Source of the DNA: Nemertoderma westbladi
Taxonomy: Eukaryota > Animalia > Xenacoelomorpha
Direction of reading: 5' to 3'
Length of the DNA stretch: 38,518 nt
NCBI GenBank assembly: GCA_032718475.1
Contig: JAUCBJ010003657.1
Location: 1-38,518, forward strand
Part shown: piece by piece, positions 1 to 9,943 of the stretch
Numbering within the stretch: the first letter of the stretch is position 1
Layout: each line of letters begins with the position of its first letter
Position numbers and translations under genes: made by a program
The notes under the pieces: model-generated
What the model was told of the DNA's origin: nothing
Databases searched by the model: none
Seen by the model: only the letters and a program-made list of their open reading frames with translations

Positions 1-199
1 CAGGAAAAGTCACGCAGACAATAGGTCAATAGGGTTAATAGAAAAGGTGACGGGAGGTAATTCGGAATTTAGTGAAATATATAATGCGGTGTAGGCCTAC
101 CTAGGGATTTAAATAATAAAGTAAATAAATGCCGTTGCAATAACAACAGCATCACAGCATCTTGTAAACGAGGCCCGTATTAAATATAGAAAGTCTTAC

Positions 200-540
200 G
201 GAATTCGAGACATGACTAGAAATTAAATCAGTCAAAAATTCTAGCAAGTCTCAGCCAGAGAGACAGTAAAAAATTTGGAAACAGAAATGTAGCGGCAACG
301 AAAGTGACACTGGTAATACTGATATCAATATACTTTCGAGAAACATTACAGGGAATTAAACAGTGGTAAATATGATTTTCTTGGTACTGTTGTAACTTGG
401 CTACAGTAAGTACAAATATCTCGATAAATTAATCTAGGAATAACTTTAAATACTTTTTATTTGAACCATTTGAAGAAGAGGAGGTACATTAGGCTATTCA
501 AAATCTCAAAAAGGGGAAAGCTCATGGGGATGATACGATA
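200..540 (+). pseudogene. Decayed non-LTR (LINE) ORF2 fragment, region just upstream of RT
   Basis: 460-540 translates FEPFEEEEVH*AIQNLKKGKAHGDDTI, matching the LINE EEV..AI..LK.GKA.G.D.I motif; the 5' limit is uncertain. Confidence 0.7.
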
Positions 541-740
541 AGCTCTTATGGGGAATGTCTTAAGTGGTTAAACTATTGAGTGTTGTCATCTCAAATATAA
601 TTTTACATGCTACTACAAAAAGTGGGCGTGGCAGAAAATTTTGAAATATCCACCACATTACAAGAAATCTGAAATGAGTTGGGGGACAACTGATAGGAGC
701 CTCGTCATTCGTCTGGCCAAAAAAATTAAAAAATGATTTC

Positions 741-1614
741 TAGGGTGGTTCGTTTTTTACTTTTTTTCGATTTCATTGTTCTACCGGTGCACAAAAGTTG
801 CCAAATGGTACTGTAAAAAAATAAGGCAAAAAAAATTTCTTTAAATTTCCTCTATATCTTCACAGATCCCAAGAGGGTTGAAATTTTGAGCCGTCGCGAT
901 GCACCCTAATGAGATATATAAAAATATAACACATTGATGAAAGATCAAAGACACAAGAAAGAACTTCCTCCCTGCATCAAATGTCTTCAAATTGGTCCAA
1001 ACCTACTGTAGTTAGATACCAAAATTTAAATTTTTGGATCAATGGAACTAGTGCCACTAGATTATTCTCAATTTTCGCGATGGCCAACTTCGAGTTCCCC
1101 TACGGCTTAATATTATACTCATTAGAACCGCAATGTCCGACTTAGTGGGGGTAGACACCTTCAAAACAAACGTAGAGCGAATAGTTCTTGAGATATCGCA
1201 GAAAATGTGAAGTCAGGCACAAGTCTACATTACAGCCTTTTTATAGCCTAAAAGTTGTCCATCACCAAAATTGAGAATAAGAGTCACTTGTGCCAAAGGG
1301 TAGGTTCTGGCCATGTGCCCGTGGCACTACTTCCCTTAGTCCCAACTATCTAACTAAGTTTGGACCCATTTGATCACATTTGATGCATGCAGGAAGTTCT
1401 TTCTTTGAGTCATTGATCTTTCATCAATGTGTTAAATTGTTATATATCTCATTATGGTGCATCGCGATGGCTCAAAATTTAACCCTCTTGGGATCCGTGA
1501 AGATATAGACGAAATTTAAATAAATTTTTTTTGCCTTACTTTTTTACCATTTAGCAACTTTGGTGCACCTGTAGAGCAATAGAATCGAAAAAAAGTAAAA
1601 AGCGCACCACCCTA
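741..1614. mobile_element. hAT-like MITE with long (about 275 bp) imperfect TIRs
   Basis: TAGGGTGG...CCACCCTA termini; 741-1018 is the inverted copy of 1346-1614; 8-bp TSD ATGATTTC / ATTATTTC (7/8). Confidence 0.85.
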
Positions 1615-1899
1615 ATTATTTCAGGATTCCAATAATGGTTTGAATTGGTTTAGGTTGGGAATAACAGTTGTTCTCTGACATTTCATATTTCGTTAAGGAC
1701 CATTTTGGTTGCCGTATTTTTGGCCGCTTTTTTTGCCACGTTTTCCCCGCGTTTTTGCCACGTTTTTTCCATTGCTTGACTTTAACACAATTCATAAAAT
1801 AGTGTATTCTAGAATACCGGTACATATGTAGTACGTTGAAACAACAGGACAAGGAAACAACAGGTCTAACATTATAATTTTAAATAATTGTTAATTCCT

Positions 1900-2603
1900 G
1901 TATTCTATATATTCTCACATATTCTTTATATTCTCATATATTCTTTATATATTCTCATATATTCTTTATATATTCTCATATATTCTTTATATATTCTCAT
2001 ATATTCTTTATATTCTCATATATTCTTTATATTATCATATGTTCTTTATATATTCTCATATATTCTTTATATTCTCATATATTCTTTATATATTCTCATA
2101 TATTATTTATATTCCTTTATATTCTTTATATATTCTCATATATTCTTTATATTCTCATATATTCTTTATATTCTCATATATTCTTTATATTCACATATAT
2201 TCTTTATATATTCTCATATATTCTATATATTCTCATATATTCTTTATATTCTCATATATTCTTTATATTCTCATATATTCTTTATATATTCTCATATATT
2301 CTTTATATTCCTTTATATTCTTTATATATTCTCATATATTCTTTATATATTCTCATATATTCTTTATATTCTCATATATTCTTTATATTCTCATATATTC
2401 TTTATATATTCTCATATATTCTATATATTCTCATATATTCTTTATATATTCTCATGTATTCTTTATATATTCTCATATATTCTTTATATTCTCATATATT
2501 CTTTATATTCTCATATATTCTTTATATATTCTCATATATTCTTTATATTCCTTTATATTCTTTATATATTCTCATATATTCTTTATATATTCTCATATAT
2601 TCT
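1900..2603. repeat. AT-rich simple repeat (TATATTCTC / TATATTCTT variants)
   Basis: About 700 bp of interleaved 9-13 bp units, nearly G-free on the + strand. Confidence 0.97.
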
Positions 2604-2693
2604 TCTATTTTTTAAATAGATTATGTTGTCGTGCTGATAATGTTTTTGGCAGTTTGGAGAACAATACATTTTTTTGAGTGTATAAACCGGGCT

Positions 2694-2797
2694 TTAAGGA
2701 AACATCCAACCCACACTTTATAAGGTAAAACTTCCCTTCTGTGTCGCAGACGCCTGTTGGATTTACTGGCGAAAGGAAAGGAGCTGAGAGCAGACAA
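2694..2797. repeat. Interspersed repeat family A, left part (target of the LTR element; continues at 17794-17950)
   Basis: AAGGAAACATCCAACCCACAC...GGAAAGGAGCT matches 24012-24107 and 33118-33210. Confidence 0.85.
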
Positions 2798-3663
2798 AGT
2801 AAACAAAGTTATGACTTATACTACACACAACGATATGGCTTAGAATTCACGTATGAGACGCATTCTTTAGGAAATGCTTAGTTATCAATCACAATCTCGA
2901 TCATACACACTACCGGTACCGCACAATACTGCTCACTGGTTTGCCGACAGTTACTGACTTTGATCACACATAAAGAGAACAGCAATTGACTCATGTAGTG
3001 GCTATCAAATAGCATTAGATTCAATACAAACCACAATAATATACGTCGCAATTGTTATAAATAGCCTGTCTCTCTAACCTGTAGTGCATCAAGAAAATTG
3101 GGAAATTTGGGTTATTTGTTGATATTCTCCAAATAATAACATCCAACTAACTGACACAAATGATCACAAACAGTAAAGCAGTAAGACGGTAGGTTAAGAT
3201 AAGATATGATGTGTGTGATACACTGATATGAATTGAGTTGATAACAGTTATACGTTCTATAATCTAAGCCGACTAATATTTCTTATAAAATCAGAGAATG
3301 AATTGATTCTATAGCCGTTGTTTCTGGCTTAGAGATAAACACGTGACAGAAAGATCTAAATACTAAGAATACAAGCTACTCTTATGTTACAAGGGATCCC
3401 GTTCAACACATGGAAAGAGCATACAGATAGGATTTTCAGTTCAGTAGCTCTGTGATAGGTCAAAATCAAAACCAACTCAAATCCTATTGGCAGATACATA
3501 AGGCAGGGCTTATTGGCAACTTTCCTCCAGGGAAGAGCAATCAGCCAATCAACGAGTAACTTGTACCATTCAAACCAAAGATCCCCCTTTAGAGTATTCC
3601 AGCTCTTGGGGGGAACTGATTAGCAAAGCAAAATGAATCAGTGATCCCGCAAAAGCTTTTACA
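2798..3663 (-). repeat. 3' LTR (866 bp)
   Basis: Matches 16958-17793 except a 30-bp extra segment (3081-3110), one substitution (3562 T vs 17692 C) and the outermost base (A at 2798 vs T at 16958). Confidence 0.97.
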
Positions 3664-3671
3664 CCGCTCCC
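3664..3671 (-). promoter_or_regulatory. Short polypurine tract (GGGAGCGG) abutting the 3' LTR
   Basis: Minus strand reads ...TTCTGGGAGCGG|TGTAAAAGC; expected PPT position. Confidence 0.65.
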
Positions 3672-3741
3672 AGAAAATGGGATTTAAGTCTATAAAATAT
3701 ACAAAATCACAGTTTCTAAAATACGAAAATACTCTAAACAG

Positions 3742-5004
3742 TTAGTCTTTCTTGCTTGGACGGCGTTTACGCTGTTTTTTAAAGCTAGCCAGAGTCCTTT
3801 TCTTATTGGGGCGAGCCACTTTACAAGGAGGGCTATAACTCCTGGGCGAAGGGTGCAATATAATTGCATCAGAAGGTGCAGGATTGTGGTCGGTGTATCC
3901 GCCGGTTGAAGTGCCTGGTAGGTTGACATCAACTTCGGGGGACTGGGGTCTAACGGCCTTTAGAGCGCGTTTTAGGATGGCTGCTCTGACGGGTCCTTTA
4001 CGAGTGGTCTGAACGGAAGCTGTGGGAGGACCATAGGCCGTCAGAAACTGCCTGGGTTTAATGGTTCTTTCCAACTCGCGTTCGCGGGCTCGATATTCGT
4101 AAGGCCGCCGATATACTTCTTGTAACTCAGGATGTGAGTTAACGAATAATTCTCCATAGTCCGGGTCACTACGGATAAAATTAATTAAGTGATAGGAATG
4201 AATATCACTGGGATTAACTCTTCTGAGGAATTTGCGCACAAACTTAGTCGAGATGCATTCTCCGACGCGCTTCAGTAGTTCGTAACTCGGTATACGTGCT
4301 TTCTGTTCGACAGAAGCGAATAGATAAGGATGGAACGCATAAACTCCTTCGTAAGCGCGTCCAGGGTAGTAACGATGACGTGAGTTACAATGCAAGTCAG
4401 CATTCGCTTCCCAAGCTTTGATATAACGGAGTGGAATCAATTCATCTACACTTTCTAAATCGTTATTAAATGGACAATCAAAGCTGGCGTGTCCTTTCAG
4501 TTGACAATGGTGGCATTGCGTCATAAATTGGGGACAGACTGCAAAAATGTGAGAACTATTGAGTCGACAATAGGCACAGTAAATTTCCATCAACGGTTGT
4601 TCGTGGAAATAAGAACATGGGACGTTCGTGTCCATGGGCGTAATATGGTCTCTAGATGCGCATAACCGACAACGCTGTCGATCAACATAGTTGGCATGGC
4701 GATAATCGTACGCAGTGAGACACTGTGGACCTTGATACCATTCTAGAATGTAATCGTTGTCTTCGTTCCGGGGCGTGGTAGGTTGAATCTCTTCGGATTC
4801 TAGACATATTGGTTCGTCTTCCCAGTACATAGCTGAGGTGGACGTAGCTGTCTCTTCCGGTGGACCTACCGTTTGAATTTCCACGACAGAATAACCTGTG
4901 GTGATTCGAGGTCTTTGAATAACAGAAGAATGTAAATTCGATGTACAAATATCCTTAAAAATGGCAAATCCAGCACTATCTAGCTTCTCAGAGGCTGAGT
5001 TTGG
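3742..5004 (-). CDS. Accessory ORF segment 3: three CCHC-type zinc knuckles and a basic, NLS-like C-terminus
   Basis: Frame open from 5004, +1 to the preceding ORF; CRLCASRDH...C, CAYCRLNSSHIFAVC, CHHCQLKGHASFDC; ends KKRTLASFKKQRKRRPSKKD about 80 bp before the 3' LTR. Confidence 0.75.
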   Translation of the reverse strand, partial: PNSASEKLDSAGFAIFKDICTSNLHSSVIQRPRITTGYSVVEIQTVGPPEETATSTSAMYWEDEPICLESEEIQPTTPRNEDNDYILEWYQGPQCLTAYDYRHANYVDRQRCRLCASRDHITPMDTNVPCSYFHEQPLMEIYCAYCRLNSSHIFAVCPQFMTQCHHCQLKGHASFDCPFNNDLESVDELIPLRYIKAWEANADLHCNSRHRYYPGRAYEGVYAFHPYLFASVEQKARIPSYELLKRVGECISTKFVRKFLRRVNPSDIHSYHLINFIRSDPDYGELFVNSHPELQEVYRRPYEYRARERELERTIKPRQFLTAYGPPTASVQTTRKGPVRAAILKRALKAVRPQSPEVDVNLPGTSTGGYTDHNPAPSDAIILHPSPRSYSPPCKVARPNKKRTLASFKKQRKRRPSKKD

Positions 5005-6886
5005 TCAACGCGCGGTATTTAAATTGGCTATCCACGTTACGAAACGGTGTTAGAAATCGTCGGAAACATTCAAAGCGGATGAATTTATTATGTTCATCTA
5101 GCTTAGCGAGTTTGGTCCCAAGTACTAATGGATGAGCGCGTATAGTACGACTGCACACATCGGCTAGCCAACCGGAAAGTGCGGTATTTTCAAAGATCGT
5201 GTAGATAGCTAAGGAGGGACGGAGTGGAACACTCATGAAGCTATACACGGCGCCAGGTGCGGTCAATGGTCCGTCAAAGTATAATCGGGAATAATGGTCT
5301 CCATATACTTGTTGATAGTTTATGGGATTTCCAACTTTGAAATTCCATCCGTATTCCTGAAAGGCAAGATGTCCGATGGAAGTTCGTTGAACTTTGGTAA
5401 TGTTGCTAGACGTATTAGCATACATGGTGCGGAAGAAACCTTGGCCTTCTGCCCAAGGGGCAATTAACTGCGTATCCACGAAAGGATATGGTATATCCTC
5501 CATATTCCGAAAGTCGTTTTGGAGATCGCCATAAACAGCGGAACCGATTTTAAGGATTCTTTCGTTGAACAACATCTCAAGCACGGGCTGTGGTAACATC
5601 GATCCATCGATACCCATGGCCGGTTTGCGTTCGGTGTCGATGACATAACGCTCCGCAAGTACGAATTGACCATGTCGGAGATTCTTTTGTGTTTCAGTGA
5701 GAGTTTCAAAAGAATAATCAATCACGTCGGAACACGCTCGAGTAAACACGTGGGTAGAGCCGGCTAATCCGCGTATGTGGATCATGCGTGTGGTTCCTAA
5801 TTCTCCGATCGGAACGCTGCCTTCATTATCGTAGGTGACGACTCCATACATCTCAATGATATTAAGAGTTTCATTCCACTCCTTTGTAGCGTTCTCGAGA
5901 GTCATCCCTACTGGATGCCACAGGGTGGCGCATTGGTTAGCGTCAGGGAGATCACTATACTTCAGGGATTGAGTATTACACGTCTCCATATTTCCATTTC
6001 TTTGTATTCTCTCTTCCTCGAATAATACGTCGAGATTCCAATGGACTAATCGAGTTTTAATGAATCCATTGAGGTTATAGGGAGGTGTTGCCTCATTCTC
6101 AATTCTAGAGATGTTATATGGTTTTCTAAATGAGTTTACCTTTACTAACTGATCCAGATGTTTCTGTAATTGCTCGAGTTTGACAATGTCTAGAGGATTT
6201 ATTAGCGGTAGAAACTTAAAGTTATGCGTCGGATCTTCCGGTTTTATCAGATAATATTGAGTCAGATTAACGTAATAAGGGTGGTCTTTAATCCCATAAA
6301 ACGAGTTAGTTAAAGGTCTAGCGCGCATGTTGACATCGTGTACCATACGACGGACAAGATCCGCTCGATCGTCCGGAGGTTCAACGAGTATACCGTCAAC
6401 ACGAGCAGCTTCGATCGGCGGACGCTGTAACATGGGGGCGTCGGCGATAAGATCGCGTGATCTTATACTAATATCAACCGGTTGAGGTTGTGCCGTCGCG
6501 AAGAGTTTGTCTCCGAAATGGGGAATCATCGAGGGGTGACGGATGGTTTTAGAGTAGAGATCCGACATAAGGATTTGGGCTTCGGGTTGGGCTAAAGCGG
6601 CTTCTTCCCTCTCGTCCATTTCCGTATGTTTCTTTTCGAGTTGGTTCTCCTCCGCTTGTTGTTGTAGACGCTCGTCCAGAAACTCCTGTAGGGAATACGC
6701 CGCATCTCCGCGGATGTTTATGTCTTTCCGTTTGTTGATTGGGTCTAGGGCATTCGTCACAATAATACCAAAGACGTACGTCCTGGAGAGGAAACGCGGG
6801 TCATCGTTCTCCAGTTTTACAATATTCCTCCATTTGTTCAAAGCTATCGGGAACAACGGGTAGTGGACGATCGGCGGTGAGATACA
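4988..6886 (-). CDS. Accessory ORF segment 2: DEDDy 3'-5' exonuclease-like domain (RNase D/WRN/MUT-7/EXD-like)
   Basis: Frame open from 6886. ExoI VVTYDNEG (about 5820-5843), ExoII ILKIGSAVYGDL, FVDTQLIA, SIGHLAFQEYG and ExoIII-like PLRPSLAIYTIFEN occur in the expected order and spacing. Confidence 0.75.
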   Translation of the reverse strand, partial: CISPPIVHYPLFPIALNKWRNIVKLENDDPRFLSRTYVFGIIVTNALDPINKRKDINIRGDAAYSLQEFLDERLQQQAEENQLEKKHTEMDEREEAALAQPEAQILMSDLYSKTIRHPSMIPHFGDKLFATAQPQPVDISIRSRDLIADAPMLQRPPIEAARVDGILVEPPDDRADLVRRMVHDVNMRARPLTNSFYGIKDHPYYVNLTQYYLIKPEDPTHNFKFLPLINPLDIVKLEQLQKHLDQLVKVNSFRKPYNISRIENEATPPYNLNGFIKTRLVHWNLDVLFEEERIQRNGNMETCNTQSLKYSDLPDANQCATLWHPVGMTLENATKEWNETLNIIEMYGVVTYDNEGSVPIGELGTTRMIHIRGLAGSTHVFTRACSDVIDYSFETLTETQKNLRHGQFVLAERYVIDTERKPAMGIDGSMLPQPVLEMLFNERILKIGSAVYGDLQNDFRNMEDIPYPFVDTQLIAPWAEGQGFFRTMYANTSSNITKVQRTSIGHLAFQEYGWNFKVGNPINYQQVYGDHYSRLYFDGPLTAPGAVYSFMSVPLRPSLAIYTIFENTALSGWLADVCSRTIRAHPLVLGTKLAKLDEHNKFIRFECFRRFLTPFRNVDSQFKYRALTKLSL

Positions 6887-7427
6887 TCATAGTGAAATAG
6901 AGTCGTTTGAGTTCTACCATGGGGTCATGATGTATACCTTGAGGATATCGAGTCTCTAGGTTCTGTTGACTGGCAATATTGAGATAAGTTTCTCTCAAAA
7001 ATTCCAGGTAGTCGTTGAAGTCGATACGTTTATCTGGTTCCTCAATGTTTTCTCTTTCAAGTCGGTTACGAATAGAGTTCTCGTGATCTATTCTCGGTTT
7101 ATCGTTACGACTCCGCTGGGTATGATACTTAAATAAAACCATTTCCCTTTCGGTGTCTACATCGTCAGTATCATGTAAGTCGATAGGGTGGCCGGTAGTT
7201 AGGAAGTCCATATACGTACCATTACGATGTGTATAACGAGCAGTGAATTTTCTATAGTCCAATTCACGCGTGAGTTGCTCTTGAGACATCGGCGGTTCAA
7301 TATAACGACCATCGTCTTCCGTAGTAGTGGGATTGGGTTCACCACTTATCAAGCTATCCACAAACGCTTGTAAAGGTAGAGTATATCGCTCCCTGATACC
7401 AAGGTCATCTTCTATCAGCTCCGTCAT
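6801..7427 (-). CDS. Accessory ORF segment 1 (unknown acidic/helical domain); probably the N-terminus of a ~1,227-aa protein
   Basis: ATG-started 208-aa ORF overlapping the next ORF, which is in the +1 frame. Confidence 0.7.
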   Translation of the reverse strand: MTELIEDDLGIRERYTLPLQAFVDSLISGEPNPTTTEDDGRYIEPPMSQEQLTRELDYRKFTARYTHRNGTYMDFLTTGHPIDLHDTDDVDTEREMVLFKYHTQRSRNDKPRIDHENSIRNRLERENIEEPDKRIDFNDYLEFLRETYLNIASQQNLETRYPQGIHHDPMVELKRLYFTMMYLTADRPLPVVPDSFEQMEEYCKTGER

Positions 7428-7478
7428 ATCTGCTATCGGAGTTTATTAATGTTACAACGAGTTTATATTGTATATTTC

Positions 7479-7657
7479 AGGCGAGCGGGCGTCGCTGCCT
7501 AACACTCTCGGCCCCCCGGACAGTGGGATCCTCAGCGCCGATGTACCGCTGTCGCAGTGTTTACGCCAACGTTGTAGCAACAGCACGACAACGATAACCG
7601 GCACAAGTCACTCCACTGTCCGTCCCAAAGGCTTGGATCCACTTGAGGTTCTTTATA
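7479..7657 (-). promoter_or_regulatory. Candidate internal TATA promoter and GC-rich structured leader of the accessory ORF
   Basis: TATAAA at 7657-7652 (minus strand), about 30 nt upstream of a GC-rich island with nested complementary segments; ATG at 7427. Confidence 0.4.
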
Positions 7658-8180
7658 TGAGAGTTAGGTTTACTTTACAATTGCGACTAGCTACTGTAAA
7701 CACACTTTAGTAGCAACATTCACCTACAAACACACAAACTCCACACAACTGTCACCAATTATAAGCATACAGGCCATTTGTCTGTTAGTCAATGCCTTCC
7801 AGAATGTCACGTTGTTATTGCGTATCTTTGGATACTAAACAGTGTGCTATGTAATCTCTATACTAGGCAATGGGACAAGCTTTCTATTGTTCCTTTAACT
7901 CGTTTCTAATTCTAGCGTGGGTGTTGCCATGGTGACATTATGGAAAGCTAGCGGTAGAATTAGAGTAATTCTCATGCATACAGATCTGGGATGCTATTTA
8001 ATAGTAATTCTTTGATTGTTAATATCCTCTTTATGCATGATTTTATTAATTTTATCGGCTATTGACTATATGTTGGAGATTCTCACACTCTAACACACTT
8101 AATGGGATGAATCTCCGCTCCCATGATCTATTAATTAATGGCATTTTGGGAATATTATAAATTGCATAAAATGACAATTT

Positions 8181-9018
8181 GTGGCTGGCCACGAGAAAAG
8201 GGACCTTATGTCGCAAAACCTGATTCTGAGATAATCGCGTTTAAAGTTTCCCTCTATTTTTGAACAAATTTAATTGGATTATCAATTTAGAAATGTATAA
8301 AACGATGAGGGAAATTCAAATTGGTTCTGATATTCAATATACCTAGGAAATAACTAATTACAGGAAGCAATATAAGATGTTGCAGTGTTGTATATAACAC
8401 TGTCTTAGGGTTTTCATGTCTGAATATAGGACTGTAATAAAATTGTACTAACTGTAATAAGTAGGTACTGTAGGCCTACAGTTATTTTTTAAATGCAATA
8501 TGGCTGTCATTTTCTTAATTTATCTTCGTTAGTTCTTAAATTTTGTAATCCCAATAAAGAATTCAAAATACAAATAATTTTAAATTTTGTAAAATAAATT
8601 TATCTTTTTGAAAAGATTTTAAATTAAAAAAATAAAATTTTTGGTTACATGTTTTTTTGAAAATTTTGCAAAAATGTTTTTAAAATAGTTCATGAACAAT
8701 GTTAATAGTTTCAAAGTGTTAAAAGTTGTATAAAAAGTCAAATAACATTGAGTTGCCTAACTATATAGTAAGAATTGCTATGATATTATTAATATTTTCC
8801 ATTTTTTTTAAATAATCGCTTATTATAACCACTATTAATAAAATTTTTTTGGCTACCCGTTTCACCTTCACATAAATCGCTATAACGTTTTTTTAGAAAT
8901 AGATATTGAGACACCGTTTTTTTTTGTTAGAATCTCTGGAAAATTCTGCATCTCATAGACCTAATAACTCAAAATCGACCTCCGGTGACATAAGGTCCCT
9001 TTTCTCGTGGCCAGCCAC
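8181..9018. mobile_element. Non-autonomous DNA transposon (Sola-like MITE) nested in the retrotransposon
   Basis: Perfect 32-bp TIRs (GTGGCTGGCCACGAGAAAAGGGACCTTATGTC; 8181-8212 / 8987-9018), 4-bp ATTT TSD (8177-8180, 9019-9022), very AT-rich non-coding interior. The superfamily call rests on the AWWT TSD. Confidence 0.88.
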
Positions 9019-9097
9019 ATTTATTAAATTCATTTAAAGATATGAATTTAAATTTATTCCCGTGAATTTTATTATTTGATGGTAAAAGTGACATAAT

Positions 9098-9403
9098 TTT
9101 ATTCCAGAGCATGTCTGGGGACCTAGGATCCTTAATTCTATGAAAATTGTCGTTTAAGAGTATCGGTAAGTGCTACGATATCTTAATCGACTAGAATTGT
9201 TAAAGGATCTGAATTTTACAGATTTTGATTTATAGATTTATAAATATTAAATAATTAATATTTGAGATGGGCACCAATTTATTCCAGAACTTGTCTGGGG
9301 ACATTAACCACTGATTCTAGAATTTGTCTTTCAAGTATATCGGTGGGTGCCACGATATCTTAATCGACTAGAATTACAGATGGTCAAAAAGTTTAACAGA
9401 TTT
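9098..9403. repeat. Diverged duplication (period about 177 bp) of a two-hairpin unit
   Basis: TTATTCCAGA...TGTCTGGGGAC at about 9099 and 9279; identical 24-mer at 9175-9198 and 9352-9375. Confidence 0.85.
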
Positions 9404-9943
9404 ATTTGCGTTTTACGCTACTGTTTAGGGACATCACGCTACTATATGTATTATTTAATATAAGGTAGAAGAGCAATATCGCACGAAGCAATGTCAGTGT
9501 GAAGAGGCAAGTCGTTTCCAAGGTCTACCCAGAGCTTGGTTTAGCCGAGACACGAGGATCTGAACTTTGCATTCCTAATACTCTGCCTACCAATAATACT
9601 TGAATATAGTAGGAGCTTTATTGTACTTTAATAAGTACGGACATGTCATCTTACTGTAGTCTCGCATTTATAATATAATACGGACAGTAAGGAAAGAGAA
9701 AAGAATTATTTCTCGCCGTCGCACTAGATATATTATATGTAATTATGTAATAAACTCTAATATATTGCACTAATCTACTAAATAATCTAAAATAACATTC
9801 TACTAAATAAAATTAAATAAAACGATTATAATAAAATACATAATAATCCATAGATAAATATAAAATAATAAAAAAAAATATAAAATAATATAGTCACACA
9901 CCCACTCCATATATAATTACGTTATGGAGTCCCTAGATCTTTG

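Noticed and set aside
1888-2677. 243-aa and 212-aa hydrophobic ORFs
   Set aside because: Translations of the simple repeat, which lacks stop codons by composition.
4682-4948. 88-aa alternative-frame ORF (also 3690-3932, 5464-5721)
   Set aside because: Overlap longer motif-bearing frames; no independent support.
3742-7427. env gene
   Set aside because: No signal peptide, transmembrane helix or Cys-rich ectodomain; motifs indicate a nuclease and zinc knuckles.
7494-7540. Twister ribozyme-like GCCTAACACT on the plus strand
   Set aside because: The conserved L4 loop and the GAGGG/P1 closing strand are missing.
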